From the NCBI GenBank assembly GCA_023245355.1, contig JAHFKN010000005.1:33290-97289 (forward strand): a stretch of 64,000 bases of DNA, written 5' to 3'. Made by a program: the position numbers and the translations under genes. The notes beneath the pieces were generated by a model. That model was not told where the DNA came from, did no database searches, and worked only from the letters and a program-made list of their open reading frames with translations. Positions 21,274-31,521 of this stretch are shown here, piece after piece (within the stretch, counting starts at the first letter, position 1; the number at the start of each line of letters is the position of its first letter). The stretch comes from Candidatus Gottesmanbacteria bacterium. GTDB taxonomy: Bacteria; Patescibacteriota; Microgenomatia; UBA10105; UBA927.

Positions 21274-21693
21274 ATGTTTTTCTTTACCCCTATTCACTAC
21301 GTAGCAGTACTGGCCGCAGCTCTCTCGTCTATGGTCGTCGGGTTTCTGTGGTACTCGCCGCTTTTGTTTGCCAAGCCGTGGATGAAGTTGTCCGGACTGG
21401 ATGAAAAAAGCATGAACGCCGCCAAAAAAAATATGCCCATACCGTATACGGCATCATTTCTCATGTCGCTTGTCATGGCATACGTCATTGCACTTCTTAT
21501 CAACTCCCTGCTGGTTGCAACACTTGCTGAAGGATTGATGCTCGGAGGATTGGTGTGGCTCGGATTTATCGCAACGACGATGGTAACCGGGGTATTATTC
21601 CAGCGCGTTGTGTGGAAATTATTTTTCATCAACAGCGTTTACCAACTCGTTTCCGTGCTCGTTATGAGCGCCATACTCACGCTGTGGATCTGA
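21274..21693 (+). CDS. DUF1761-family membrane protein
   Basis: GFLWYSPLLFAKPWM motif, four TM segments. Confidence 0.8.
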   Translation: MFFFTPIHYVAVLAAALSSMVVGFLWYSPLLFAKPWMKLSGLDEKSMNAAKKNMPIPYTASFLMSLVMAYVIALLINSLLVATLAEGLMLGGLVWLGFIATTMVTGVLFQRVVWKLFFINSVYQLVSVLVMSAILTLWI

Positions 21694-21709
21694 AAGTTTG
21701 TTGTCCCTC

Positions 21710-22231
21710 TTACGGATTGAGCAGCCAGAGGCTGTAGTTTAGTACGGTGGCAAATGACACCCACGCTAAGTACGGCAGCATGAGATACGCGCTGACGGAA
21801 TCCAGCACATCAAATTTGAGGGTTAAGATAATGATCATGACCCACAGTGCGCCGATATCCGCAAACCCGAGCGGAATATTCTGACCTCCGAAAAATATGA
21901 TCGACCAGATAGTGTTGATGAGCAGGTGAGCCAGGAACCAAAACACGGCACTGCGCACTGCACGCTTACCCAATCCCAATTGCGAGATGCGGTAGGCAGC
22001 TATTCCCATCATCGCGTACAGCGTGATCCACACAGGGCCGAATATCCAGTTCGGAGGACCAAATGACGGCTTGACCAGCCCGGCATACCACGTGGGTATG
22101 GAGGGCATCGTAAATAACGCGCCGATGATTCCCGCCGATTCACAAAGGAGTATCCAGCTTACCAGTGAATACCAATTGATCGGAGATTTTTTCGGCTTTT
22201 TTGAAATACTGCGCGTTATTTTTTGTTTCAT
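21710..22231 (-). CDS. tspO: TspO/MBR tryptophan-rich sensory protein
   Basis: WYAGLVKPSFGPPNWIFGPVWITLY, LPYLAWVSFATVLN. Confidence 0.93.
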   Translation of the reverse strand: MKQKITRSISKKPKKSPINWYSLVSWILLCESAGIIGALFTMPSIPTWYAGLVKPSFGPPNWIFGPVWITLYAMMGIAAYRISQLGLGKRAVRSAVFWFLAHLLINTIWSIIFFGGQNIPLGFADIGALWVMIIILTLKFDVLDSVSAYLMLPYLAWVSFATVLNYSLWLLNP

Positions 22232-22243
22232 ACATCTACTGTA

Positions 22244-23002
22244 TCACAGCATCAATTGTCCCTCTATAGTTTCGTGTGTTCCCGCCTTTTTCCGGTACCG
22301 GCAATATTCGCAGTCCTCTGAAAACTTGGGATACGAATCCGCATCCAGACATGCTTTCATGGCCACAAGCGTCGGTTCTACCCAGGTAGTATCGCCTGTA
22401 TGCGCATGCAGCGTAAGCGCAAATTCCAGCTTGCCGTCGAACTGCTCGCGGTTTTTGGTCGCATTGGCATACACGATATACGCCGTGTCAGAAACGGCAA
22501 ATCCGCTTTCCCTGAATATCCACTGATACATTTCCAATTGTTTCTTGTACCCTACTTTCCACTGATCTTCCAGGGATATTTCTTTTTCCGTCGAGGTAGA
22601 CTTGTAATCGACGATGATAAGTTCACCGTCAGGATTGACCCATATATCATCCACCGCGCCGAATACGAGGAAATTCGTTTGCTCATGCAGCACCTGTTTG
22701 CCTACGAAATTTTCGCGCCAGATATCCAGATCTTTGTGGACAAACGGAATCGCATCGACGCCGTAGCGTTTAACGATCTCATGTTTTTTGCCGGTCTTCC
22801 TCAGGATGTCGAATTCCTTTTTCAGCAGTGCATCGACGGCGGAGTTTAACGAAAATCCCGGCATGCTCGGCCGCGACACCCCGAGTCTGCGGTCAAAATA
22901 AAAACACCGGGGACACTCGCGGAACAAATCGACTTTGCTGCGGCTTACTTTAAACGGATCCTTTGAAGCGGGTGTATAGAGTTTGCTGCCGGTCCATGCC
23001 AT
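22244..23002 (-). CDS. PD-(D/E)XK nuclease (RecB/Cas4-like) with CxxC...CxxC
   Basis: SRSK..CPRC, GAVDD, VDYKS, QLEMY, CEYC. Confidence 0.85.
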   Translation of the reverse strand: MAWTGSKLYTPASKDPFKVSRSKVDLFRECPRCFYFDRRLGVSRPSMPGFSLNSAVDALLKKEFDILRKTGKKHEIVKRYGVDAIPFVHKDLDIWRENFVGKQVLHEQTNFLVFGAVDDIWVNPDGELIIVDYKSTSTEKEISLEDQWKVGYKKQLEMYQWIFRESGFAVSDTAYIVYANATKNREQFDGKLEFALTLHAHTGDTTWVEPTLVAMKACLDADSYPKFSEDCEYCRYRKKAGTHETIEGQLML

Positions 23003-23025
23003 ACATTGCAGTATATCATCAAAAT

Positions 23026-23283
23026 TTACCGGGAACCGAAGCGGGCACGCGGCCGGGTACGGGATCTCACCGGCAGCGTCATCATATACTCCACAACTGC
23101 GTCAGGGGCAGTATCTGCATACACCGGATTACCGTGTTCATCTACACTGATTACTAAACGCACGTCTTCTTCGGCTACCAATCCTCTGGCTACCCGGTCT
23201 GCGAGTTTACGCTCTTCTGTAAGGGGGTGGGAACGGAACGCGCTCCTCCGTCTGCGATCATGGTTTTCCTGTCTTCCTGCCAT
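23026..23283 (-). CDS. Hypothetical Arg-rich small protein
   Basis: 85 aa ORF with TATACT 10 nt upstream; fills the gap. Confidence 0.5.
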   Translation of the reverse strand: MAGRQENHDRRRRSAFRSHPLTEERKLADRVARGLVAEEDVRLVISVDEHGNPVYADTAPDAVVEYMMTLPVRSRTRPRARFGSR

Positions 23284-23335
23284 ACCGCAGGCGAGTATAG
23301 TAAAAAGAAGGGATAAGAAGCAAGCCCGGGCGGAA

Positions 23336-23734
23336 TTATTCTGTCGTTATACCCTCGAAATGCTCATCATCAGCGAGCGCCTCATCGCGCGTCCTGTGCA
23401 CCGTGCCGTCCAGATGATGGGCCGGGCTATAGAGCGTATACAGTTTGAGCATGTCCGTTTCCGACGTATTGATCACATTATGACTGGCGCCTGCAGGTAC
23501 GACCACTGCCGTCCCGTCCGATACCGCATGCGGCACGCCGTCGATAATCACGGTCCCTGTCCCCGATTCAAACCGGAAAAACTGATCGTTGTCCGCATGG
23601 ATTTCTTCCCCGATTTCTTCCCGCGGCGCAAGATTCATGAGCACGAGCTGGCTGTGTTTACCGGTATACAGCACGGTGCGGAAGTTTATATTTGCTTTCG
23701 TTAACTGTTCGATTTTTCCGACGTATCCCTTCAT
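23336..23734 (-). CDS. Cupin domain protein
   Basis: QLVLMNL..EEIGEEIH..DQFF, VPAGASHNVIN. Confidence 0.9.
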   Translation of the reverse strand: MKGYVGKIEQLTKANINFRTVLYTGKHSQLVLMNLAPREEIGEEIHADNDQFFRFESGTGTVIIDGVPHAVSDGTAVVVPAGASHNVINTSETDMLKLYTLYSPAHHLDGTVHRTRDEALADDEHFEGITTE

Positions 23735-23796
23735 ATATACCCAGTATAGGACACCGGCAGGAAAAACAGTGTGAAGAACATTACAGAATGTCCGCG

Positions 23797-24441
23797 TTAG
23801 TCGTTTTCCGCAATCTCAACGGACGTGATGACCACGGGTTTCACCGGTCTGGAATTTTCGCGCCCGTCCTGAATCGTTTCTGCTTTTGAAATCACATCAA
23901 CCACACCCAATCCCTCAGTCACTTTTCCGAAAATGACATAATCATGGGACAAATCCGTATCGGTCTGTACGATAAAAAACTGGCTTCCGTTTGTATTGGG
24001 GCCGGCATTGGCCATCGCGACCGTCCCGCGTTTATAGGTGCCGGTAAACGGCTCGTCGTCAAACCGGTATCCGGGGCCTCCGGTGCCGTTGCCTTTGGGG
24101 TCCCCGCCCTGAATCATGAATCCCGGGATGACGCGGTGAAACGGTGTATTTACATAAAAACCCTTGCGCGCTAAATACACGAAATTATTGACGGTTTTGG
24201 GCGTTTCTTTGGCGGTTAACGCGATGATGATTTTCCCCTCAGTCGTCATAAGCGTCGCCGTATATTTTTTCGTGACATCAATCTGCATATCAGGGGGTTT
24301 TGTAAGACCGGCCTGCTCCTGTGTAGGTTGTACCTGTGTTTGCTGATTATTCATATTCGCTCCTCTCGGCCTGCGCACATACATCACGGCGGCAAACAAC
24401 AACACTCCGACGATTGCCACCCATATATACGTCTGCTTCAT
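23797..24441 (-). CDS. Membrane-anchored cyclophilin-type peptidyl-prolyl isomerase
   Basis: FHRVIPGFMIQGGDP, AMANAGPNTNGSQFFI; N-terminal TM. Confidence 0.95.
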   Translation of the reverse strand: MKQTYIWVAIVGVLLFAAVMYVRRPRGANMNNQQTQVQPTQEQAGLTKPPDMQIDVTKKYTATLMTTEGKIIIALTAKETPKTVNNFVYLARKGFYVNTPFHRVIPGFMIQGGDPKGNGTGGPGYRFDDEPFTGTYKRGTVAMANAGPNTNGSQFFIVQTDTDLSHDYVIFGKVTEGLGVVDVISKAETIQDGRENSRPVKPVVITSVEIAEND

Positions 24442-24467
24442 AGAAGAATTCTATAGTACCCGAAATA

Positions 24468-24833
24468 TCAGAGAACTTCACCCACTAAAATATCCGGGTC
24501 GAAATATTTTTCCAGCAGCGAGAAATTTTTTACGTTCGATCGGAAAAACAGATCCAGCACGATACCGATATACGGGATAAACCCGAACACCGAATCGACC
24601 GTGATGTTCCACATCATGCGGAAATATACCCATGTAGGGACACGCAGTTTGGCTGCAATCCAAAAAAGATAAAACGACGTGAGTGTTGCCAGCAGATTCC
24701 CCAACCCGGGGATCACGTCCAGCATCGGATCGATGCCGAACCGGATACCCAATACGTTAAACCGCAAATCCATAACTCTGGTAAGTCTGCGGGCAAAATC
24801 GACATGTGCGCGAAGAGAAGCCAACTCACTCAT
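24468..24833 (-). CDS. DUF4112-family membrane protein
   Basis: MD..F..LGIRFGIDPMLDVIPGLG, IPYIG..D..FRSN. Confidence 0.8.
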   Translation of the reverse strand: MSELASLRAHVDFARRLTRVMDLRFNVLGIRFGIDPMLDVIPGLGNLLATLTSFYLFWIAAKLRVPTWVYFRMMWNITVDSVFGFIPYIGIVLDLFFRSNVKNFSLLEKYFDPDILVGEVL

Positions 24834-24921
24834 ATTTGTAAATTATAACACCCGATATCCATGCGTATTATGAAAATCAACCGCTTGCATGAAGTGCACA
24901 CACTCGGTATAGTTGCTGCAT

Positions 24922-25470
24922 ATGACAGATACAACATGTCCCAAATGCGGCAATCCGTTAGGTCCGATAGTAGAAACCAAATCAGGCAAACAGATGCAGA
25001 AATGCAGCACCGGTCACTGGAATCCGGAAACGAAAAAAAATGAAGGCTGCGACTACGTGAAGTGGATCGTACCCGAACCCAAAGCGCTCGATGAAAAATG
25101 TCCCAAATGCGGCAGCCCGCTCGTCATGATGGTGACGCGCTTCGGCAAAAAGATGAAGAAATGTTCGACCAACACCTGGAACCGGGAAACGAAAAAAGCC
25201 GAAGGCTGCGATTATGTAGAGTGGATAAACGGCAGTACCGAACCGCTGGATGAAGATTGTCCCGAGTGCGGCAAAAAACTTGTCCTCTATACGACCGCAA
25301 GCGGCAAGAAAATGAAAAAATGCTCGACCTCAGGATGGGACCGGGAAAAGAAACAGGCGACCGGATGCACGTACGTGCAGTGGCTCAAGCCGGGAGAATA
25401 TCCCGCGGAACACAAAGCAAACGGCGAGGAATTTTTGCCTCCGGAACCTCCCGACGCGGAAGACGCGTAA
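24922..25470 (+). CDS. Stand-alone topoisomerase-I C4 zinc-ribbon repeat protein (3 repeats)
   Basis: Three CPxCGxxL...G..M.KCST..W...GCxY repeats; TTGCAT-N17-TATAGT promoter upstream. Confidence 0.85.
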   Translation: MTDTTCPKCGNPLGPIVETKSGKQMQKCSTGHWNPETKKNEGCDYVKWIVPEPKALDEKCPKCGSPLVMMVTRFGKKMKKCSTNTWNRETKKAEGCDYVEWINGSTEPLDEDCPECGKKLVLYTTASGKKMKKCSTSGWDREKKQATGCTYVQWLKPGEYPAEHKANGEEFLPPEPPDAEDA

Positions 25471-25473
25471 CGG

Positions 25474-25710
25474 TTACGAACCCAACAGGAGATTGGATTG
25501 TCCTGCCACAGAATCGGCAAGTTCCTTAAGTTGTGCTGGTGTCATGGTTGCGATACCTTTCCGGTCCAAACCGGTAAGCAGCATATCCCCTTCTTCCGTG
25601 ACCGACAGGCGGCGGCGGAATCCAAACGGCTTATCCGACAATCCCCGCGCACGTCTCTCAGAGGCATATCCCGGTAATGCACCTTGCTCACGCTGTGTTT
25701 TTCTTGTCAT
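25474..25710 (-). CDS. Hypothetical small protein
   Basis: 78 aa ORF with TATAAT 8 nt upstream; divergent from hflX. Confidence 0.5.
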   Translation of the reverse strand: MTRKTQREQGALPGYASERRARGLSDKPFGFRRRLSVTEEGDMLLTGLDRKGIATMTPAQLKELADSVAGQSNLLLGS

Positions 25711-25764
25711 ATGGGGATATTATACGCCTGCCATGCAATAGCCCTCATACCGTATAATGAAAAC

Positions 25765-26901
25765 GTGCCGACTATCACCCAACCCACCCGCATTCTGTTT
25801 GTATATCTGGCCCGTCCGAAAATCAGCCGTTCCGAAATGGAAAAGGATGTGACGGAACTCTGGCAATTGGTGGCTACGCTGGGCAACGCCACCGTCACCG
25901 ATATCATCACGCAGCACGGGAGTATCACGGCAGCGACCTACATCGGAACCGGCAAAGTAGAAGAAGTGCTCGCTTATCTGGAATCGCATCCCATCGACAC
26001 GGTTATCCTAAACGGCACACTCACCCCCAGCCAGAAATTTAAACTCATGAAACAATTTTGGTCCGTGAATCCGACTATTCAGGTATGGGACCGGGTAGAT
26101 TTAATTCTTGCGATATTTTCTCATCATGCCAAAACCACGGAAGCGAATTTGCAGATAGAACTTGCGCGTATGCATCATATGGGCCCCCGGATTTACGGCA
26201 TGGGTATGGAACTTTCCCGTCAGGGAGGCGGCATCGGCACCCGCGGTATCGGAGAAACCAACACGGAACTCATGGAACGCCACTGGAAACGCGAAATTAA
26301 AAAAGTCCGCGATATGCTCGATAAACTGACAGCCAACCGCAAGCGCCAGATGGAACACAGAAAAAGTATGGGGCTACAGACTATCTCCATCGTAGGCTAC
26401 ACCAACGCCGGCAAAACATCACTGTTTAATGTGCTCACACACAAAAAACATCTGGTAGAAAACGCGCTGTTTGCGACTCTGGATAGCACGGTAGGAGAAG
26501 TCTATATGTCCTCGCTTGGAAAACAGGTCGTCGTGTCCGATACCATCGGGTTTATCAGCAATCTCCCGCCGGATCTGATCGAGGCATTTACCTCTACGCT
26601 GATGGAATCCGTGCACGCGGATGTAGTGCTGCATGTCATCGACGCCGCGGATCCTGACATCGCGGAAAAAATTCTGGTGGTAAGCCGAATCTTAGACGAA
26701 CTGCATATACCGGAAGAAAAAGAAGTGCTGGTGTTTAACAAATCGGATGCCATTACCAAAGCTGACCGCGACAGAATAGAATCTAACATTCATGACATTC
26801 CGTTTGTATTTGTTTCTGCCAATACCGGAGAAGGAATCGATACACTCATAACCGATATCTTCCCCAGGTATCTGCGTCCCGCGGATCACGTGACGCACTA
26901 A
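25765..26901 (+). CDS. hflX: GTPase HflX
   Basis: GYTNAGKTSLFN, LFATLD, DTIGF, NKSD; GTG start inferred. Confidence 0.93.
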   Translation: MPTITQPTRILFVYLARPKISRSEMEKDVTELWQLVATLGNATVTDIITQHGSITAATYIGTGKVEEVLAYLESHPIDTVILNGTLTPSQKFKLMKQFWSVNPTIQVWDRVDLILAIFSHHAKTTEANLQIELARMHHMGPRIYGMGMELSRQGGGIGTRGIGETNTELMERHWKREIKKVRDMLDKLTANRKRQMEHRKSMGLQTISIVGYTNAGKTSLFNVLTHKKHLVENALFATLDSTVGEVYMSSLGKQVVVSDTIGFISNLPPDLIEAFTSTLMESVHADVVLHVIDAADPDIAEKILVVSRILDELHIPEEKEVLVFNKSDAITKADRDRIESNIHDIPFVFVSANTGEGIDTLITDIFPRYLRPADHVTH

Positions 26902-28247
26902 AGGGAAACTTCCTGATGCAGCACCGGCATCGTGATGTCGGAGACACCCAGATCCTGTGTAATTTTTGCGGCGAGTGCTTTTCGCGGACCGTCTTCTCCG
27001 TGCGTCAAAAATACTTTCTGCACGTTTTTGATTTCTTTAAGCCAGGTCATAAGCTGCTGCTGATCCGCATGCGAACTCATGGACTGCGTATCGGAAACAA
27101 TCGCTTTTACGTTTACCGTGCGTTTGTCGATCTTTACCGTTTTGCTGCCCTCGAGTAACTCGCGGCCCAATGTCTCGACGCCCTGATATCCCACGATAAG
27201 AAGGCGCGTGGAGGGAATGGGCAGATACCGTGCCGCATGTCCCACGATTCTGCCTCCGGTCATCATGCCGCTTCCGGCGATGATCACTTTGGCTCCCAGC
27301 GTCGCATCGATGAGGCGCTGCCCTTTTTTCTTTTGGATCATGGTGACTCCCGGAAATTCAAACGGACTCCCCTCCCTGAACTCTTCCTGCACGTACGCTT
27401 TGAATGCTTCGGGGTACCGCGTATAAATCGTGGTTGCCGCGTTTCCCATCGGGGAATCCATGTATACGGGCGTATCCTCACGGACTTTGCCGTCTTTTTT
27501 CAGGTGCATGATCATGTGCATGAGTTCCTGCGTGCGCTGCAGGGAAAATGCCGGGATAAGCAGCGTGCCGCCGTTTCCCTCTACGGCTTTTATTTCCGAT
27601 GCCAGGATGTCCATAGGATCATCGGCAGGATGCAGTCTGTCGCCGTAGGTCGACTCCATGACGACCGCATCCGCGGATTCCACAGGCTCCACATCGGGCA
27701 ATAAATTATCCGGACTGTTTCCCACGTCTCCGCTGAACACGATTTTCCGAATAGACGAATTTGCCCGGGTATCTTCTATCACGACACTGGCCGACCCCAG
27801 TATATGCCCGGCGTCATACATGGTGACGATAAAATCCCCGATGGTTTCCGGCGCATGATAATGCACCCGTTTAAACTGTTTGGTCATTTGGATAACCTGC
27901 TCTTTGTTGAACAAAAACGGTTTCTCGTCTTCCTCTGCTACCTTTGCCGTATCCAGAAGTGATAATTCCGTTAAATCCGCAGTTGCCGACGTCATATAGA
28001 CCGGACCGGTAAATCCATGGGAAAGCAGAATCGGCAGTCTCCCGCAGTGATCCAGGTGCGCATGTGTGAGGATGACAGCACTCAGCGTACTTGCGTCGTA
28101 TTCGAATTTCCGGTAATTGAGAGATTCGATTTCGGCTACTCCCTGAAACATCCCGAGATCGATGAGAATTGACTGGCCGGAGCCTGAGGTGAGGACGTAA
28201 CTTGAGCCGGTGACGGTACCGGCAGCACCCATGAATTTTATCTTCAT
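26898..28247 (-). CDS. MBL-fold beta-CASP ribonuclease
   Basis: THAHLDH, AGHILGS, ESTYG, SSHAD, THGE. Confidence 0.92.
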   Translation of the reverse strand: MKIKFMGAAGTVTGSSYVLTSGSGQSILIDLGMFQGVAEIESLNYRKFEYDASTLSAVILTHAHLDHCGRLPILLSHGFTGPVYMTSATADLTELSLLDTAKVAEEDEKPFLFNKEQVIQMTKQFKRVHYHAPETIGDFIVTMYDAGHILGSASVVIEDTRANSSIRKIVFSGDVGNSPDNLLPDVEPVESADAVVMESTYGDRLHPADDPMDILASEIKAVEGNGGTLLIPAFSLQRTQELMHMIMHLKKDGKVREDTPVYMDSPMGNAATTIYTRYPEAFKAYVQEEFREGSPFEFPGVTMIQKKKGQRLIDATLGAKVIIAGSGMMTGGRIVGHAARYLPIPSTRLLIVGYQGVETLGRELLEGSKTVKIDKRTVNVKAIVSDTQSMSSHADQQQLMTWLKEIKNVQKVFLTHGEDGPRKALAAKITQDLGVSDITMPVLHQEVSL

Positions 28248-28283
28248 TTCTTCACTATACTATATCGGCGCGATATTTCAGCA

Positions 28284-29447
28284 TCACTCTTCTATCAGCG
28301 GGAGCCCTTCTTCTACACTCGCCTCTGGTTCCTGCACTTTGAGTTCCGGCAGTGTTTTGCCGACTACTCCCTGCAGATCCCCGTGCATCCCCTGCGTGTG
28401 ATCGATGACTTTGCGTAACTGCTTCTCCTGTCTGGCCCATTTGGTCTGGAACCAGCGTTTCTCCCGCTCCACTTCATCCTGCATACTGCCGAACGCTTCG
28501 ATGATCGCGTTCATGCGGTGGGTAAATTCTATACTCGTGATGTAGCGGTACAATTCCTCTTTTTTCTCGTCTTTCCCGCTCTGGATATCGCGCACGAAAT
28601 TTTCTCGGATGAGTCCGTACCGCAAGGTCATAGCAAGAGGCACGGCAAATTTCTGCATACAAATCCAGATGCCGTTATCGTGCATATAGGTCGTGAGTCC
28701 CTTGGGCGGATCGGTGACCACGAGAATGGATAAATGCGCTTTCGCCTGCCGGGCATCTTCCCGCAGTTTCGGAGCCCAGGTGTCGGACCACTTCGCATTT
28801 TTGGATTCCCACAGCATCATGCCGCATTCCCGGCCTTTTTTGTCCACGACGCGCTGCAGGATATCGGCTCCCCGCTGGCCCTTTTTCACTTCCTCGATAA
28901 TATCCATGGGAAATTCGTGCTTGAGCTCTTCCTCGAGCACCAGCTCCAACGACTCGCCCTGCGCCTGCTGAGAGCCTTGCTGCAGTTTTGTTTTGAGTTC
29001 TTCGATCTGCTTGAGCGCGACAGAATAATTCTGATCCTTTTCGCGGTCTTTGAGTTCGTGTTCTTCCTGCACTTTTTTCCGGGCTTCATCGCGGATTTTG
29101 GCTTCTTCGTCTGCCAGTTTCTTTTTCATTTCCAGTTCGCGCTCTTCGTCTTTACGGCGGAGTTTCCGCAGGTCTTCGCTCAGATCCTCGAGTTGCTTAA
29201 GCAACCGTTTGTTGCGTTCCTTTTCTTCTCCCGCATCTGCTTCCAGCGCTTTCATGCGCTCTTTGGCGTCTGCTGCTAATTTTTCCGTCACGGTTTTTAC
29301 CGTCTCTTCCCGCATGCGGACAAGCGCTTCTTCATGGCGCTTCTTTTCTGCTGCGAGAATTTCTTCGCCCACCTGATGGCGGAACGCTTCCGTCGGCTCG
29401 AAGTACTGGCCGCATTTAGGACACTTGATGGATGCCTGATCACTCAT
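28284..29447 (-). CDS. DUF2130-family coiled-coil protein
   Basis: IKCPKCG, long coiled coil, GSQQAQGE..E, GAD, WESK. Confidence 0.85.
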   Translation of the reverse strand: MSDQASIKCPKCGQYFEPTEAFRHQVGEEILAAEKKRHEEALVRMREETVKTVTEKLAADAKERMKALEADAGEEKERNKRLLKQLEDLSEDLRKLRRKDEERELEMKKKLADEEAKIRDEARKKVQEEHELKDREKDQNYSVALKQIEELKTKLQQGSQQAQGESLELVLEEELKHEFPMDIIEEVKKGQRGADILQRVVDKKGRECGMMLWESKNAKWSDTWAPKLREDARQAKAHLSILVVTDPPKGLTTYMHDNGIWICMQKFAVPLAMTLRYGLIRENFVRDIQSGKDEKKEELYRYITSIEFTHRMNAIIEAFGSMQDEVEREKRWFQTKWARQEKQLRKVIDHTQGMHGDLQGVVGKTLPELKVQEPEASVEEGLPLIEE

Positions 29448-29659
29448 ATGAAAAGTGTCTGTACTGTACAGAGTTACACGCGGGAGTGCAAGTTTACAAA
29501 ACAAAAACATTTAAACCGATACAGAGCACGTCTAACCTATTAAATGTGAGTTCGCTAATACTATATTTTAACAAGATAATTGAGGCAACATTTCTACCTA
29601 AGTAAAAATTACTTTTGTATCTGGACCTTTTACTAATTTTCTTGTATACTTAGTGCCGA

Positions 29660-30535
29660 ATGAAAAAACAAAAAACTGCATCAAGAAAAAAACATCGCAA
29701 TAATATAAAAGTTGCTTTATTTGCAAACCCTCCTATTAATTCAATTATAGCAGGAGACTGTGAAGCTGTACTCAAACAATTTCCTGAAAATTCAATCGAT
29801 TTGATAATCACGTCCCCACCATATTCAGACAAACGCAAAAACACATATGGCGGAATCCACCCAGATAAATATGTTGATTGGTTTTTACCTAAGTCGGAAC
29901 AGTTTTATAGAGTATTAAAGCCGAATGGCACATTTATCTTAAACATTAAAAATGGCGCTTCTGACGGAGAAAAACATATATATATACTAAATCTGATTTT
30001 ACGGCTTAGACAGCAAGGTTGGATTTGGACAGAAGAATTTATTTGGCACAAAAAAAATTCTTTTCCAGGAAAGTGGCCAAACAGATTCAGAGACGCGTGG
30101 GAACCCTGCTTTCAATTTAATAAACAAAAACAATTCAAAATGTTTCAAAATAATGTTATGGAACCCATTGGAGATTGGTCAAAATCAAGATTTAAATATC
30201 TTACTTTAGAAGATAAAAGGAGAACGGAATCAACAGTTAAAAGTGGATTTGGAAGAAATGTATCTAATTGGGTATCTCGCAAAATGGTATATCCTACAAA
30301 TGTTCTCCATTTAGCCACTGAAAGTGCAAATAAAGATCATAGCGCAGTATTTCCAATTTCACTACCTACATGGTTCATTAAATTATTTACTCAAAAAGGG
30401 GATGTAGTGCTCGATCCATTCGTAGGGTCAGGAACATCTGCTCTCGCTGCCAAAAAATTAGAAAGAAATTATATTGGGATTGACATACTTAACAGGTATT
30501 GCTTAGTGGCAAAAAGAAGGCTATTAGCGAAGTAA
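29660..30535 (+). CDS. Beta-class amino DNA methyltransferase (N6_N4_Mtase; SPPY suggests m4C)
   Basis: GDC, TSPPY (motif IV) before VLDPFVGSGT (motif I), YIGID. Confidence 0.93.
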   Translation: MKKQKTASRKKHRNNIKVALFANPPINSIIAGDCEAVLKQFPENSIDLIITSPPYSDKRKNTYGGIHPDKYVDWFLPKSEQFYRVLKPNGTFILNIKNGASDGEKHIYILNLILRLRQQGWIWTEEFIWHKKNSFPGKWPNRFRDAWEPCFQFNKQKQFKMFQNNVMEPIGDWSKSRFKYLTLEDKRRTESTVKSGFGRNVSNWVSRKMVYPTNVLHLATESANKDHSAVFPISLPTWFIKLFTQKGDVVLDPFVGSGTSALAAKKLERNYIGIDILNRYCLVAKRRLLAK

Positions 30536-30543
30536 TTTTGCGC

Positions 30544-31521
30544 CTAAACTGTTTTCTCTAGTACTTCGTACGTATCAGTGCTAATACCAAATTGAGGACT
30601 GTTCATAACGGTTTCGTTTGGATTTTGGAATACATCAATATCGACAGGAATACCATTCTTCATATAGACATAATATATATAGTATCGACCTTTTAGCCTA
30701 CATGCAGCATTATACTCATTTCTACTAAAATAAAATTTAACTCTGGGTGAAATACCAGACTTAACTTCAATAAACCTATTAAAAATAGAACTATCTTTAT
30801 CCTCGAAGGATGCAATATCATACCCCGCAGCTACGTTACGACTTGCGACATAATCTACTCTTTTCGCTTGATCAAAAGCAGAATTCAGTTCTAAACGTCT
30901 AATTTCACTTTTAATAACATATTTTTCCGCAAGCACAGCTTGTCTAATCTTTTCAGCTTCAGCTCTCAAAAAATCTTCTGGCGAAATTAATCTTATTGAA
31001 TCCATTATAATCGGGTCAAATAAAGTACTGTACTGAGTAGCAATTAAAAATTGTGACACATTACTAACTAAAACACCCAATTGGATCAGAACATTAAATA
31101 ATATCTGATCAGCAATTGAGGTTGATTCTGCTTTACTTAGAAATATCTCTCCATGACTTCCTATTTTAAAGTGTGAAAAAATATCTTTTATACCGCTTTG
31201 TATACCAGGTATCTCAAATAAACGATTGCTAATTAATTTTTTTTGAGCAGCATTAGGCTCTAGAATATAATGGCTTTCTTTTTTCAATGCTAAATTTAAA
31301 TATATATGGCCTAAATCAGTTATTTGGAGTGAATGGTCAGTAACGCAAATAAATCCCAGTGTAAGACAAAAATTTTTAGCAAGGGCAAAAGAATCTCTAA
31401 CTGGAATAACATATTGTGTCTTATAGTACTCAGCAACATCTAGCTCGAGCGATCTCTGGCCTATTTCAAGTGCCTTAGATGATGCCAAAAAACGATTTAT
31501 AGTTTGGATATCAGTAATCAT
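30544..31521 (-). CDS. DUF3883 (NOV_C) PD-(D/E)XK-type nuclease domain protein
   Basis: C-terminal AE..V..E..RL, GYDIASF, FIEVKS, SRNE, YYIYYV. Confidence 0.82.
   Translation of the reverse strand: MITDIQTINRFLASSKALEIGQRSLELDVAEYYKTQYVIPVRDSFALAKNFCLTLGFICVTDHSLQITDLGHIYLNLALKKESHYILEPNAAQKKLISNRLFEIPGIQSGIKDIFSHFKIGSHGEIFLSKAESTSIADQILFNVLIQLGVLVSNVSQFLIATQYSTLFDPIIMDSIRLISPEDFLRAEAEKIRQAVLAEKYVIKSEIRRLELNSAFDQAKRVDYVASRNVAAGYDIASFEDKDSSIFNRFIEVKSGISPRVKFYFSRNEYNAACRLKGRYYIYYVYMKNGIPVDIDVFQNPNETVMNSPQFGISTDTYEVLEKTV

Noticed and set aside
22244-23002. Cas4-like nuclease as evidence of CRISPR-Cas
   Set aside because: No repeat-spacer array or other cas genes seen in the window
23006-23704. 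232 aa plus-strand ORF
   Set aside because: Antisense to a clear cupin gene and a promoter-bearing small ORF; no family features
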